A stretch of 64,000 nt of DNA from Candidatus Latescibacterota bacterium (lineage in GTDB: Bacteria; Latescibacterota; UBA2968; UBA8231), in assembly GCA_965206595.1 (NCBI GenBank), contig OZ242214.1, positions 4,000,001 to 4,064,000 on the forward strand, written 5' to 3'. Shown in pieces: positions 1-8,489 of this stretch. Every line of letters begins with the position of its first letter. Position 1 is the first letter of the stretch. The notes below the pieces were generated by a model, which was not told the DNA's origin, did no database searches, and saw only the letters and a program-made list of their open reading frames with translations. Position numbers and translations under genes: made by a program.

Positions 1-102
1 CTTTCGATGTGGCTGCTCGTCTTCGCCGCCACCGTGCTCCTCAGCCTCATCCCGGGACGGCAGATCTCGCGCATCCCCGTCGCCGACGTACTGCGGGCCT
101 GA
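1..102 (+). CDS. ABC transporter permease (LolE/FtsX-like), C-terminal fragment, partial at window edge
   Basis: Frame 1 reads LSMWLLVFAATVLLSLIPGRQISRIPVADVLRA*, a typical permease C-terminus (last TM helix then P.R.I.R..V.D.LR). It ends 4 bp before an ABC ATPase. Confidence 0.75.
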   Translation, partial: LSMWLLVFAATVLLSLIPGRQISRIPVADVLRA

Positions 103-106
103 AGCG

Positions 107-796
107 ATGAACGCACCTATCGTACGCCTCGAGGGGGTCGTCAAGGAGTACGGCGAAGGGGAGGTCGCGACCCGCGCCCTCGCCGGGATCGACCTCGAGA
201 TCCATCCCGGGGAGTTCGCCGCCGTCGCCGGGCCCTCCGGCTCCGGCAAGAGCACCCTGCTCAACGTCGCCAGCGGCCTCGACCGGACCACCGAGGGCAG
301 GGTGTTCGTCGCCGGCGAGGAGATCACCTCCGCTTCGGGGAGCCGGCTCAGCGAGCTGCGCCTGCGGCACATCGGCTTCGTCTTCCAGGCCTACAACCTC
401 ATCCCGGTGCTGACCGCCTTCGAGAACGCCGAGTACATCCTCATGCTGCAGGGGGTGCGGCTGCGGGAGCGGCGCGAAAGGGTGATGGAGCTGCTGGCGC
501 AGGTCGGTCTCGCCGGCATGGAGCACCGCTTTCCCCACGAGCTCTCCGGCGGGCAGCAGCAGCGCGTCGCCATCGCCCGGGCCATCGCCTCGGAACCGGC
601 GCTGGTGCTGGCGGACGAGCCGACCGCCAACGTCGACCAGACGACCGCCTCGTCGCTGATGGACCTGATGGCGCAGCTGAACGAAGAGCGGGACACGACC
701 TTCCTGTTCTCCTCCCACGACCGGCACGTCCTCGAGCGCGCCCGGCGCCTGCTGACCCTCACGGACGGCCGCATCACCGGCGATACGGCCCGGTGA
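107..796 (+). CDS. ABC transporter ATP-binding protein (LolD/MacB-type)
   Basis: Walker A GPSGSGKS, signature LSGGQQQR, Walker B VLADEPT, H-loop SSHD; 229 aa. Confidence 0.95.
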   Translation: MNAPIVRLEGVVKEYGEGEVATRALAGIDLEIHPGEFAAVAGPSGSGKSTLLNVASGLDRTTEGRVFVAGEEITSASGSRLSELRLRHIGFVFQAYNLIPVLTAFENAEYILMLQGVRLRERRERVMELLAQVGLAGMEHRFPHELSGGQQQRVAIARAIASEPALVLADEPTANVDQTTASSLMDLMAQLNEERDTTFLFSSHDRHVLERARRLLTLTDGRITGDTAR

Positions 797-1020
797 AGTA
801 GTGCCCCGGCGCGATGGTTCGGGTACGAACCGGGGGGCAAGGCGCGCCAACTCCGCGTATGGGTGGAATACACCGTGCAAGCGCAACACCGCGAGCCGGG
901 ATGCACCGGCGATTCGAATCGAGGCGGAATGCATGTACCAGCGAGTTGGTTGATGCCGGTCGATAATGTGCCCGGCAGCAGGCCGGGCCGCCGCCCCGTG
1001 GGATTTTCCCACCTGCTCCG

Positions 1021-2295
1021 GTGACCGGAATGAGGCCGGTCGCCGCCGCCTGCTTCGGCGCCGCGCTCTCGGGGCTGCCGGCGGCCGGGAGCGCCGCGGC
1101 GGATTTCGACGCCAACCTCCGGACCACCAGCGTGGCGGCGCGCAACTACCACCAGCCGCTGCTCTGGGGCCGGGAAAACGGCGCCGACGGCCGCACCGAC
1201 CTCGCCCTGCGCCTCATCGCCTCCGGCCGCCCGAATCAGCGCATGCGCTGGGAGGCGCACGCCGTCCAGAACCTGGCGCTGACCACCTTCGCCAACGCCG
1301 CGGCCGGCTCCGCGAACCTGCTGGGGGCCGGCGGCACCGAGGTTCCCTACCGCCTTGCCGGCGCGCGCTGGGAGTGGGGGGACGCCGGCGACGTCAGGGC
1401 ATCCGGGCACCTCGACCGCGCCCATCTCAGGATCGCCCTGGAGCGCGCCGACATCACCGCCGGGCGTCAGGCGATCACCTTCGGCAAGGCCTGGTTCTGG
1501 AACCCCCTCGATATCTTCCTGCCGTTCGGCTCCACCCAGTTCGACCGCGACTACAAGCCCGGCGTCGACGCCCTGCGCGTCGATCTCCCCCTCGGCGACT
1601 TCTCGGGCGCCACCCTGGTCGCGGCGCCGGGGCGGGCGCAGTCCGGAGCCCAGCCTGGGGGGGAGGACGCCTGGTACCGCAGCGCCCTGGTGGCGCGCGC
1701 CTATGGAAACGCCCGCGGCTGGGATGTCGCCGCGCAGGGAGGGAAGATTCTCGGGGGGTATCAGCTCGGAGGAGCCGTGACGGGAGAGCTGGGCGGCCTG
1801 CAGCTGCGCGGGGAAGCGGCATGGTTCGCCGCGCAGGACGGGACCGGGGCCGGGGCTTCGGGCGGTTCAGCGGTTGGCGACCACCTCGCCGCGGTCGCCG
1901 GCGCCGGCCGAGGTTTCGCCGTCCGCGACCTCCAGCTGCAGGCCGAGTACTTCTACAACGGCGCCGCGCGCGGCGACCTGAAGGAACGGTTCGCCCTGGT
2001 AGTCGATGGCCGTCTGAGGCACGCGAGCCGCCACCTTCTCGGCGGGCTCGCCAGCGGCCGGATTCACCCCCTGGTCAGCGGCTCCCTCGCCGGGCTGTGG
2101 GGGATCGGGGACGGCTCATGGCTTGCGCAGCCCGGCCTGGTCTGGTCAGCCGCGAACGAAGTCGAGGTGGTCGCCGGGGCGGTGATCGCACGGGGTAGGC
2201 GGCCGGTTGGGGGCACTGCCGAAGACCTCAGGTTCCGCAGCGAGTTCGGAACCTATCCCGACTTCTACTACCTCGAGACCAAGCTCTACTTCTGA
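1021..2295 (+). CDS. Putative outer-membrane beta-barrel protein associated with the ABC transporter
   Basis: Signal-peptide-like N-terminus, GRQ.I.FG...FWNPLDIF...D..KPGVDALR motif, C-terminal ..ETKLYF with terminal aromatic residue. Confidence 0.7.
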   Translation: MTGMRPVAAACFGAALSGLPAAGSAAADFDANLRTTSVAARNYHQPLLWGRENGADGRTDLALRLIASGRPNQRMRWEAHAVQNLALTTFANAAAGSANLLGAGGTEVPYRLAGARWEWGDAGDVRASGHLDRAHLRIALERADITAGRQAITFGKAWFWNPLDIFLPFGSTQFDRDYKPGVDALRVDLPLGDFSGATLVAAPGRAQSGAQPGGEDAWYRSALVARAYGNARGWDVAAQGGKILGGYQLGGAVTGELGGLQLRGEAAWFAAQDGTGAGASGGSAVGDHLAAVAGAGRGFAVRDLQLQAEYFYNGAARGDLKERFALVVDGRLRHASRHLLGGLASGRIHPLVSGSLAGLWGIGDGSWLAQPGLVWSAANEVEVVAGAVIARGRRPVGGTAEDLRFRSEFGTYPDFYYLETKLYF

Positions 2296-2336
2296 GAAGC
2301 AGGCCTCTCCCTCCCCGATGACAGCCTTCGTCAAGG

Positions 2337-4768
2337 CTACTTGAGCAGAAGCAGCCGCCGCGTCTGCTCCCCGCCCGGGTACTGCAGGCGGGTCACATAG
2401 ACGCCGGCCGCGGCCGCGGTGCCCCCCTGATCGCGCGCGTCCCAGTGGACCTGGTAGGAGCCGGCATTCTGGAACTTTTCCACCAGCGTCCGAACCCGCT
2501 GGCCCAGGACGTTGTAGACCTCCAGCCGCACCGGTCCGGCGTCGGCCAGGCGGTAGACGAGCCGGGTGCCGGCATTGAAGGGATTGGGATAGTTGGGCGC
2601 CAGGGCGCTGAGGGCGGGAAGGCCGGATTCGGGAAGAAAGGTCGAGACTGAGGTCTCGGGTCGGGAAACCGCCAGGGCGATGCTCCCTGCCCCGCCCAAT
2701 CCCGTGATGAGGGTTGCCTCGTTGCCCTGCAGGTCGGACAAGTGGATTGAACCCCCCTGCGACCAGTACAGCCTGCCTTCGACCCCATCCACGACGATGG
2801 CATCCGACCCCACGGGGATGCCGAGGGACTCCAGGTCGCTGCCGTCCAAATTAGAGCGGTGGAGGCTGCCGGGGAATTCCGGATTCTCGTGTTGGCTCCA
2901 TGAGTACAAGCGCCGGATCACTGAATACATCTTGCCACCAACCGGGTCCAGGGCTATACCGCCCACGCCGGGCCTCGGGAACCAGCCATCGGTGTGAAAG
3001 CTGTAATGCAAAAGGACTTCAGCATTTGTACCGGCCAGCCCGGCTCGTCCGATGCTGTACGTCATATCATCCCCGTTTTCGAAACGCCAAGCCATCCAGT
3101 ACATCGTGCCGGCCCCCAAGTCCAGGGCGATCCCTGCCATTCCATCAGGACCGGGCGGGATTGCGAGGTTCTCCACGTTGCCGCCGTCCAGGTCCGCCCG
3201 GTGAATCACACTCGTGTCCCGGTTCGTCCAGTACATCTTTCCCCCGGGCACATCCAGGGCAATCCCCCCAGGGGCTGTCAATCCTCCGGCGAGATCCTCG
3301 ATATTATCGCCATCGAGATCCGCCCGGTGGATCCTGTTCGTTCCCCGGTCCGTCCAGTACATCCTGTTTCCGGCCAGGTCCAGGGCGAGGCTGACAGGAG
3401 CCCTTCTTACCTCCGCGATCAGGGTCTCGGCATGGGTTCCATCCCGATCGACCCGCCGGATTCTCTCCGTTCCCGGTTCCGTCCAGTACATCCTGTCGCC
3501 GACCGGGTCGAAGGCGATTCCTCCGGGATATTCTGCACCGGTGAACAAGGGGGCGGCATGGGAGCCGTCCAAGTCCGCCCGGTAGATCACTTGGGCGTCC
3601 GTCCAGTACATCCTGCCGCCCTTCAGGTCCACAGCAAGACTTCTCGGCACCGGTTGCCCGTCAAAGGTGACGAGAGTCTCGCTGTTCGAGCCGTCCAGGT
3701 TCGCCCGGTGGATGCCCTGGCTGTCCGACCAGTAGATCCTGCCTCCGGGTACGTCCAGGACGATGTCAACGGTGTTAATGCCGTCAACGCTGTTTATGCG
3801 CAGGCATGGGCTGTTGCCGGTGCCGTCCAGGTTGGCTCGCCTGATGGATTCCTCGTCCACCCAGAACATGGTTCCTGCACTGACGTTCAGGGCGATGTCC
3901 ACCATCGGGGCAAATTGCCATTCCTCCCACACGAGGTCCTCCGGTGAGGAGCCGTCCAGGTTCGCGCGCTTGACCCCGCCATTCCACCACTCTCCGATTT
4001 CAAAATCAAAGTAGCGGCGGTTGGCCGTGTAATAGACCTTGTCTGCATCGAGATCCAAGGCAATCCCCATTGGATGCTCCTGCCCGGTAACCAGGATGGT
4101 TTCCGGATTCGAGCCGTTCAGATCACTCCGTTGGATCTTGCCGGCGTGTCCGTTCCATTTCGTCCAGTACATCTTGCCTGCGGCGGGGTCCAGGGCGATC
4201 CATTCCGGGCTCCCGCCTCCATCGACCACGATCTGGATATTGGAGCCCCCATCCAGGTCGGCCCGCCGGATGTCCCCCGAGCCCAGGTCCGTCCAGTATA
4301 TCCTTCCCTCCGGCGGGGGCGGGGGGTCACAGGGGGGTACGTCGCCAAAGGCAAATGGCGAATCCCCCACGCAAATCATTTCGTTGCCGGTGAAGTCCAC
4401 AAGGACCGGATTCTGACGAAATAGCTCGACCAGTCCGCGCCCAAGGGACCCGCTCAACCGGTTGTGGGAAAGGTCCATCCTCCAGAGCTTGGCCAATTGA
4501 CCCAACTCGGGCGGAATCGGTCCGCTCAAGACATTGCGGGAAAGGTCCAAATCCACCATGGAAGCCATGCGACCTAATTCAGGTGGAATCTGCCCCGTCA
4601 GATCGTTTTCGGAGAGATTTAAGACCCTTAACAAGGCCAATTGACCCAACTCGGGCGGAATCGGTCCACTCAAGGCATTGCGGGAGAGGTCCAACCTTTC
4701 CAAGGCAGCCATGCGACCCCAAGTCAGGTGGAATCTCTCCCGTCAGATCGTTTTCGGAGAGGTTCAAG
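2337..4768 (-). pseudogene. LRR + YWTD (LDL-receptor class B) beta-propeller protein with C-terminal FlgD-Ig/T9SS-like domain; 5'-truncated by IS1380 and frameshifted near 4717
   Basis: ORF 2337..4712 has plant-type LRRs (LDLSRNALSGPIPPELGQL), many MYWTD repeats and a NYPNPFN...VYNVLGQRVRTL tail. One more LRR (LNLSENDLTGEIPPDLG) lies out of frame at 4715-4768 and stops at the IS end. No signal peptide remains. Confidence 0.8.
4491..4768. repeat. ~144-bp tandem repeat encoding LRR pairs
   Basis: ggccaattgacccaactcgggcggaatcggtcc occurs at 4491 and 4635. Confidence 0.85.
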
Positions 4769-6628
4769 CCTTTGTTATTCATTCAACCCGCGCATAAGCG
4801 GACATAGGCGCTTCCGAGACCCCTTCGCTTAGCCTCAGAGGCTTGCGTTCCTTCTATAGTCGGCTTTTTGGGTAGAGCCGTCTCCTTATCTCTACCGACC
4901 TTGTTGAAATTGTACGCGCCTTCTCGAAGACGCTTGCCTTTGCGAGCCCATCATCCCGACCGACCCGGCCTGCGCTTACGCCATCGCCGCGTCCACCGGT
5001 TTGAGCGTGGCCAGAAATCTCCACAGACGATCCCAGGCAGCCGCCGTCCCTTGGGTCAGGATGACGCCCACCCTGCGCCCATGCAAGGTGACGCGGGACG
5101 GCAGGCGCAGGTAGCGCCGTCGAAAACTGTCCAGGCTCAGGGCCGTCGTCGAGCGTCCGTATGTGCGGGGCCGCCCGCGTCGGGCCTCGGCGCGTTCGGC
5201 GGCCTGGCGGCCCAGGTGAAGCAGGTTGTAGGCCAGCAGGTTCAAGGTCAGAAGCGCCTGGTTGGCAGCGAAGGCATCCCGGGACGGGGTGCGCTGACGC
5301 GGCTCTCGACCCCGGTAGTGTTGCTTGCGACGGGTGGTAGAGGAGAGCTGAGGCTGGAGGGTGGAGCTCAACTCGCCGAGCATGCGCTCGAAAAGGCCGC
5401 GCTGACGATAAAAGGCGACCAGGTCGCGGCCGCTCATCGTCTGGGGACTCTGGTCGGTGATCAGGAAGAAGTGGCGGGCGATGGGCAGCTCTTCCGTCTC
5501 GGAAGGGACCAGGACCAACACCACCCGCCGGGGCTGCGCCCAGGACCTGGCTTGATAGCGCAGCTCGCGACAGCGAAAACCCTCTTCCCGCAGCTCTTCC
5601 GGGTGCTGCGCCAGCTCCTGCTGATAGCCTTCCACCCAGGCACGAGCCAGCTCCTCCAGGCGCGCATTCTTCTTGATGCGCGCCACGTACGAGGTGTCGG
5701 CCCGCGCTTCCAGCTCACTCAGGAAAGACCCGCTCACCGAGGCCGCGTCGAAGCGCAGGATGAGGCGCCGGGCCAGATGCGACTGAATCCAGTCCAAGCG
5801 CTTGCCGAGAGCCTCTGAGGCACCCTCATGGGCGTGCACGTTGCCCGGCCGCAGCACGGCACCGAAGAAATCGCCCGTCTGCGCCGAGCCGAGGAGCAGG
5901 GGATGGTACCCCGAGGCGTGGAAGTAGCCGTTGTATTCGACCCCCGCCTGGTGCCCGTGCGCCGGCATCGGCAGGGCATCCATGTCGACGGCCAACTCCT
6001 CGTATTTCATCCGTCCTTCCAGCAGCCGGCAACGAGACCGGGCGCTGCGCAGGACGGCTTCCTCCAACACCTCGCGGTTATAGGCAGTCGAGGCTTGCTC
6101 GAGCAGGCGCGACAGCGTCGGCTGACTGGCCAGTCCCTGCGGCCGGTCTTCGTCGCCGCTGCGCAACGGCGCCTGCCCTTTGCGATCGCTGACCGCCAGA
6201 CGCAGGATCGGATCTTGGCGCAACGCGTCGGCGTCGGCGGCGTGGGTCCAGCCCTGTGCCAGCAGCACGATCTGTGTGCGCAGCAGCTCCGGCAGCGGGT
6301 GCGTGATCTGGTCTTGGGTACGGAGATCCTCGAAGTGGGCGTCGACCCAATCCAGAACCCGGCTGTGTTCGAGCAGTTGACGCAACATCAGCGCACCGGT
6401 GTCGCTGCCAAGGTGGGTGGGGCGGGCTTCGATGTGGATGGAGCGGTTGAAAGACGGCTGAATCGGCCCGGCTTGCTCGGACTCGGTGTGTGACGGTAAT
6501 TCACCCATTGGGTGTCCTACTGTGTGATGGGTTCAAAGGGCGATACTGCCTTGTGTTTCCCTCTGAAATCTAAGCATGGGAGGCACCCAGTACAGCCCTC
6601 TCCACTAAAATTCCATGAATAACAAGGG
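4769..6628 (-). mobile_element. IS1380-family insertion sequence
   Basis: Terminal inverted repeats CCTTTGTTATTCAT (4769-4782) and ATGAATAACAAGGG (6615-6628) match at 13/14 and enclose a single DDE transposase. No target-site duplication. Confidence 0.88.
4976..6508 (-). CDS. IS1380-family DDE transposase
   Basis: SDTGALML, D.D.LRQDP, LASQPTLSR, D.D...HGHQ...YNGYF...YHPL, LRPGN, FYRQRG..E motifs. Confidence 0.92.
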   Translation of the reverse strand: MGELPSHTESEQAGPIQPSFNRSIHIEARPTHLGSDTGALMLRQLLEHSRVLDWVDAHFEDLRTQDQITHPLPELLRTQIVLLAQGWTHAADADALRQDPILRLAVSDRKGQAPLRSGDEDRPQGLASQPTLSRLLEQASTAYNREVLEEAVLRSARSRCRLLEGRMKYEELAVDMDALPMPAHGHQAGVEYNGYFHASGYHPLLLGSAQTGDFFGAVLRPGNVHAHEGASEALGKRLDWIQSHLARRLILRFDAASVSGSFLSELEARADTSYVARIKKNARLEELARAWVEGYQQELAQHPEELREEGFRCRELRYQARSWAQPRRVVLVLVPSETEELPIARHFFLITDQSPQTMSGRDLVAFYRQRGLFERMLGELSSTLQPQLSSTTRRKQHYRGREPRQRTPSRDAFAANQALLTLNLLAYNLLHLGRQAAERAEARRGRPRTYGRSTTALSLDSFRRRYLRLPSRVTLHGRRVGVILTQGTAAAWDRLWRFLATLKPVDAAMA

Positions 6629-7102
6629 ATGAAGGTAGTTGATCGTTGGGGAAGGGCGTCTGGGAACGCCGTAGTCTGTGGTTGCCTCCCCTACGAACGC
6701 GGTTGCCCCACCTACCGAAGCGGAAGTGGTCACAGGCGGAGCGACTCGGATGCCGAGGACATCGTTGACGTTGACTTGGTTCTGGAGTGCCTCGACATCT
6801 GATTTGACCAAGTCCTCGAGCGACGAAAAGTGCTCGCGCACTATATCCCTCAACATTCCCTGGATGTTGACCAGCGGTTTGTATCCGTTGATGTAGGGGA
6901 ACCCCAACTCGATCAGGACTGCGCTGATGTTCTGGTGCTTGCGCTCCACCGCGCCGCGCGTGCGGCCATCCAACCGAGCACGGAGGGCCTCGTTGTGGGC
7001 AGCTTTGTTGAACGGTTCACCGCGAAGTTCCGAAGCCAGCATATCGAGGTAGTCTCGAACAGTGGCTTCAACTTCCTGTCTGCTCCAATCGCTGAACTGC
7101 AT
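6629..7102 (-). pseudogene. N-terminal part of an HNH/DUF3883-type endonuclease gene, truncated by IS1380
   Basis: DWS..EVEATV.DYL.ML..EL.G..FNK...N..L...L.GRT.GAVE.KHQNISAVL..LG.PYI.GYKP is an N-terminal domain I recall preceding HNH or DUF3883 nucleases. The frame runs into the IS inverted repeat and stops at 6605. Confidence 0.7.
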
Positions 7103-7215
7103 GGTTCAGCATCGTACGAACGAGTACGAGGAACGCACAACTGGAACGGCGAATGCCCGGCAGTGGGAATGCCTCCGTCTTTCCACTTGCTGACCCACCT
7201 CGGGCACCTCCCTCC

Positions 7216-8484
7216 TCAGCCCGGCAGCAGGGCGTTCCACTGTGCCTCGCGGTCGGGATGGGGAGCGTTGGTCACCTGTTTCTTGCCATCGACGTAGATC
7301 CTCAGGTAGGAGGTCTCCAGGTCCGCGGTCTCGTGCAGCACGAGGCCGTCGATGCGGCAGCGCCGCGCCGCCCGGACGATGCTGCGCAGCTCCTGCGGCG
7401 TCGGGGTCCGCTTGGACAGGTTTCCCTCCCCGTCGTGGAAGTGGCAGATCATGTTCAGCCAGGTGAAAAGCTTCTTGCCGAAGCGCGCCGTCGTGTCGCT
7501 GTAGACCTCCCCCACCGACGGGTCGCAGGGGTTGAGGCGGCTGGTCACCACCACCACCGCGTCCACCAGGTCCTCGCGGCACCACCGGCCCAGGTCCATG
7601 CGGGCCCTCAGCAGGGCGCGCTCGGGGTTCTCCTTCTTCGAGTGTCCGGCGATGAGGATGTCGGGCTCCTCCGAGGTGCCCACCCAGACGGGCAGGGTCC
7701 CCGCCGCCTCGCGGACCTCCCGCAACAGCACCGTGTACGAGTCGCCGCGGATCCTCTGCAGGCGCCAGGCCAGCCAGGGGAGCTCCCGGATGCGCGAAGG
7801 CGGGGCGTCGACCCCGGTCTCCTCGCGCAGCTGTTTCAGCCAGGGCTCGTTGTACCCGTACCCGTCGTCCTCGTCCGGCTCGCCGGCATGGCTGCGGAAG
7901 CAGACGAAGAGGCCGTCCACGCCGTACTCCCGCACCTCCTCGAGGTGGTCGAGGTAGTACCGCCTTGCCTCTTCGTAGGCGTAGCAGGGGATCCCGGGGT
8001 GGTGGCTGCGGCCGTCGAGGCCCGACCAGTAGAGATGGGGGCGCTCGTCGTAGAAGGGGGAGGTGTTGCGCCCCCAGTGGCGGACGATGTGGAAGTCCTG
8101 CAGGGTCGCCCAGGCGAAGAGACGGATGCCGTTGCGCCGGGCGCTGTCGACGGCAACATCGAGGGGGTCCATGCCAGACAGCAGCTGCTCCCACGCCTCG
8201 GACTGGTCCGCAAGGCTCGGCACGGAGCGGCTGCGGTAGAGCCCCCGGGCGCCGGCAAGGGTGCGCCAGAGGATGGTCTCCACCCCGCGGCGGCGGGCCT
8301 TCTCGAAGATCTCGTCGATGTAGGCGGCCTCGGCGGCCCGGGGATCGTGCATGAGGAGCACGCCGTGGTCCAGGGTGAGGATTACCTCCCGGTCCGGTCC
8401 GGTGCCGGTCTCGCTTTCCGGCTTCGTCGGGCCGGCCCCGGCTTTGGGGCCCAGGTCCGGGGAATGGGCCCCGGCTGCAGTCAT
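7216..8484 (-). CDS. Putative glycoside hydrolase-like TIM-barrel protein (GHL10/DUF187-like)
   Basis: Only the C-terminal 422 aa of ORF 7216..10473 look protein-like: ETILWR, DPLDVAVDSARRNGIRLFAW, YGVDGLF, YGYNEP. Start is ATG 8484 or GTG 8493, overlapping the upstream stop. Confidence 0.6.
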   Translation of the reverse strand: MTAAGAHSPDLGPKAGAGPTKPESETGTGPDREVILTLDHGVLLMHDPRAAEAAYIDEIFEKARRRGVETILWRTLAGARGLYRSRSVPSLADQSEAWEQLLSGMDPLDVAVDSARRNGIRLFAWATLQDFHIVRHWGRNTSPFYDERPHLYWSGLDGRSHHPGIPCYAYEEARRYYLDHLEEVREYGVDGLFVCFRSHAGEPDEDDGYGYNEPWLKQLREETGVDAPPSRIRELPWLAWRLQRIRGDSYTVLLREVREAAGTLPVWVGTSEEPDILIAGHSKKENPERALLRARMDLGRWCREDLVDAVVVVTSRLNPCDPSVGEVYSDTTARFGKKLFTWLNMICHFHDGEGNLSKRTPTPQELRSIVRAARRCRIDGLVLHETADLETSYLRIYVDGKKQVTNAPHPDREAQWNALLPG

Positions 8485-8489
8485 CCCAG

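Noticed and set aside
2900-4310. Recurring gtccagtacatc motif as a possible CRISPR array
   Set aside because: These are coding YWTD repeats at ~130-bp spacing. No cas genes or repeat-spacer array were seen anywhere in the window.
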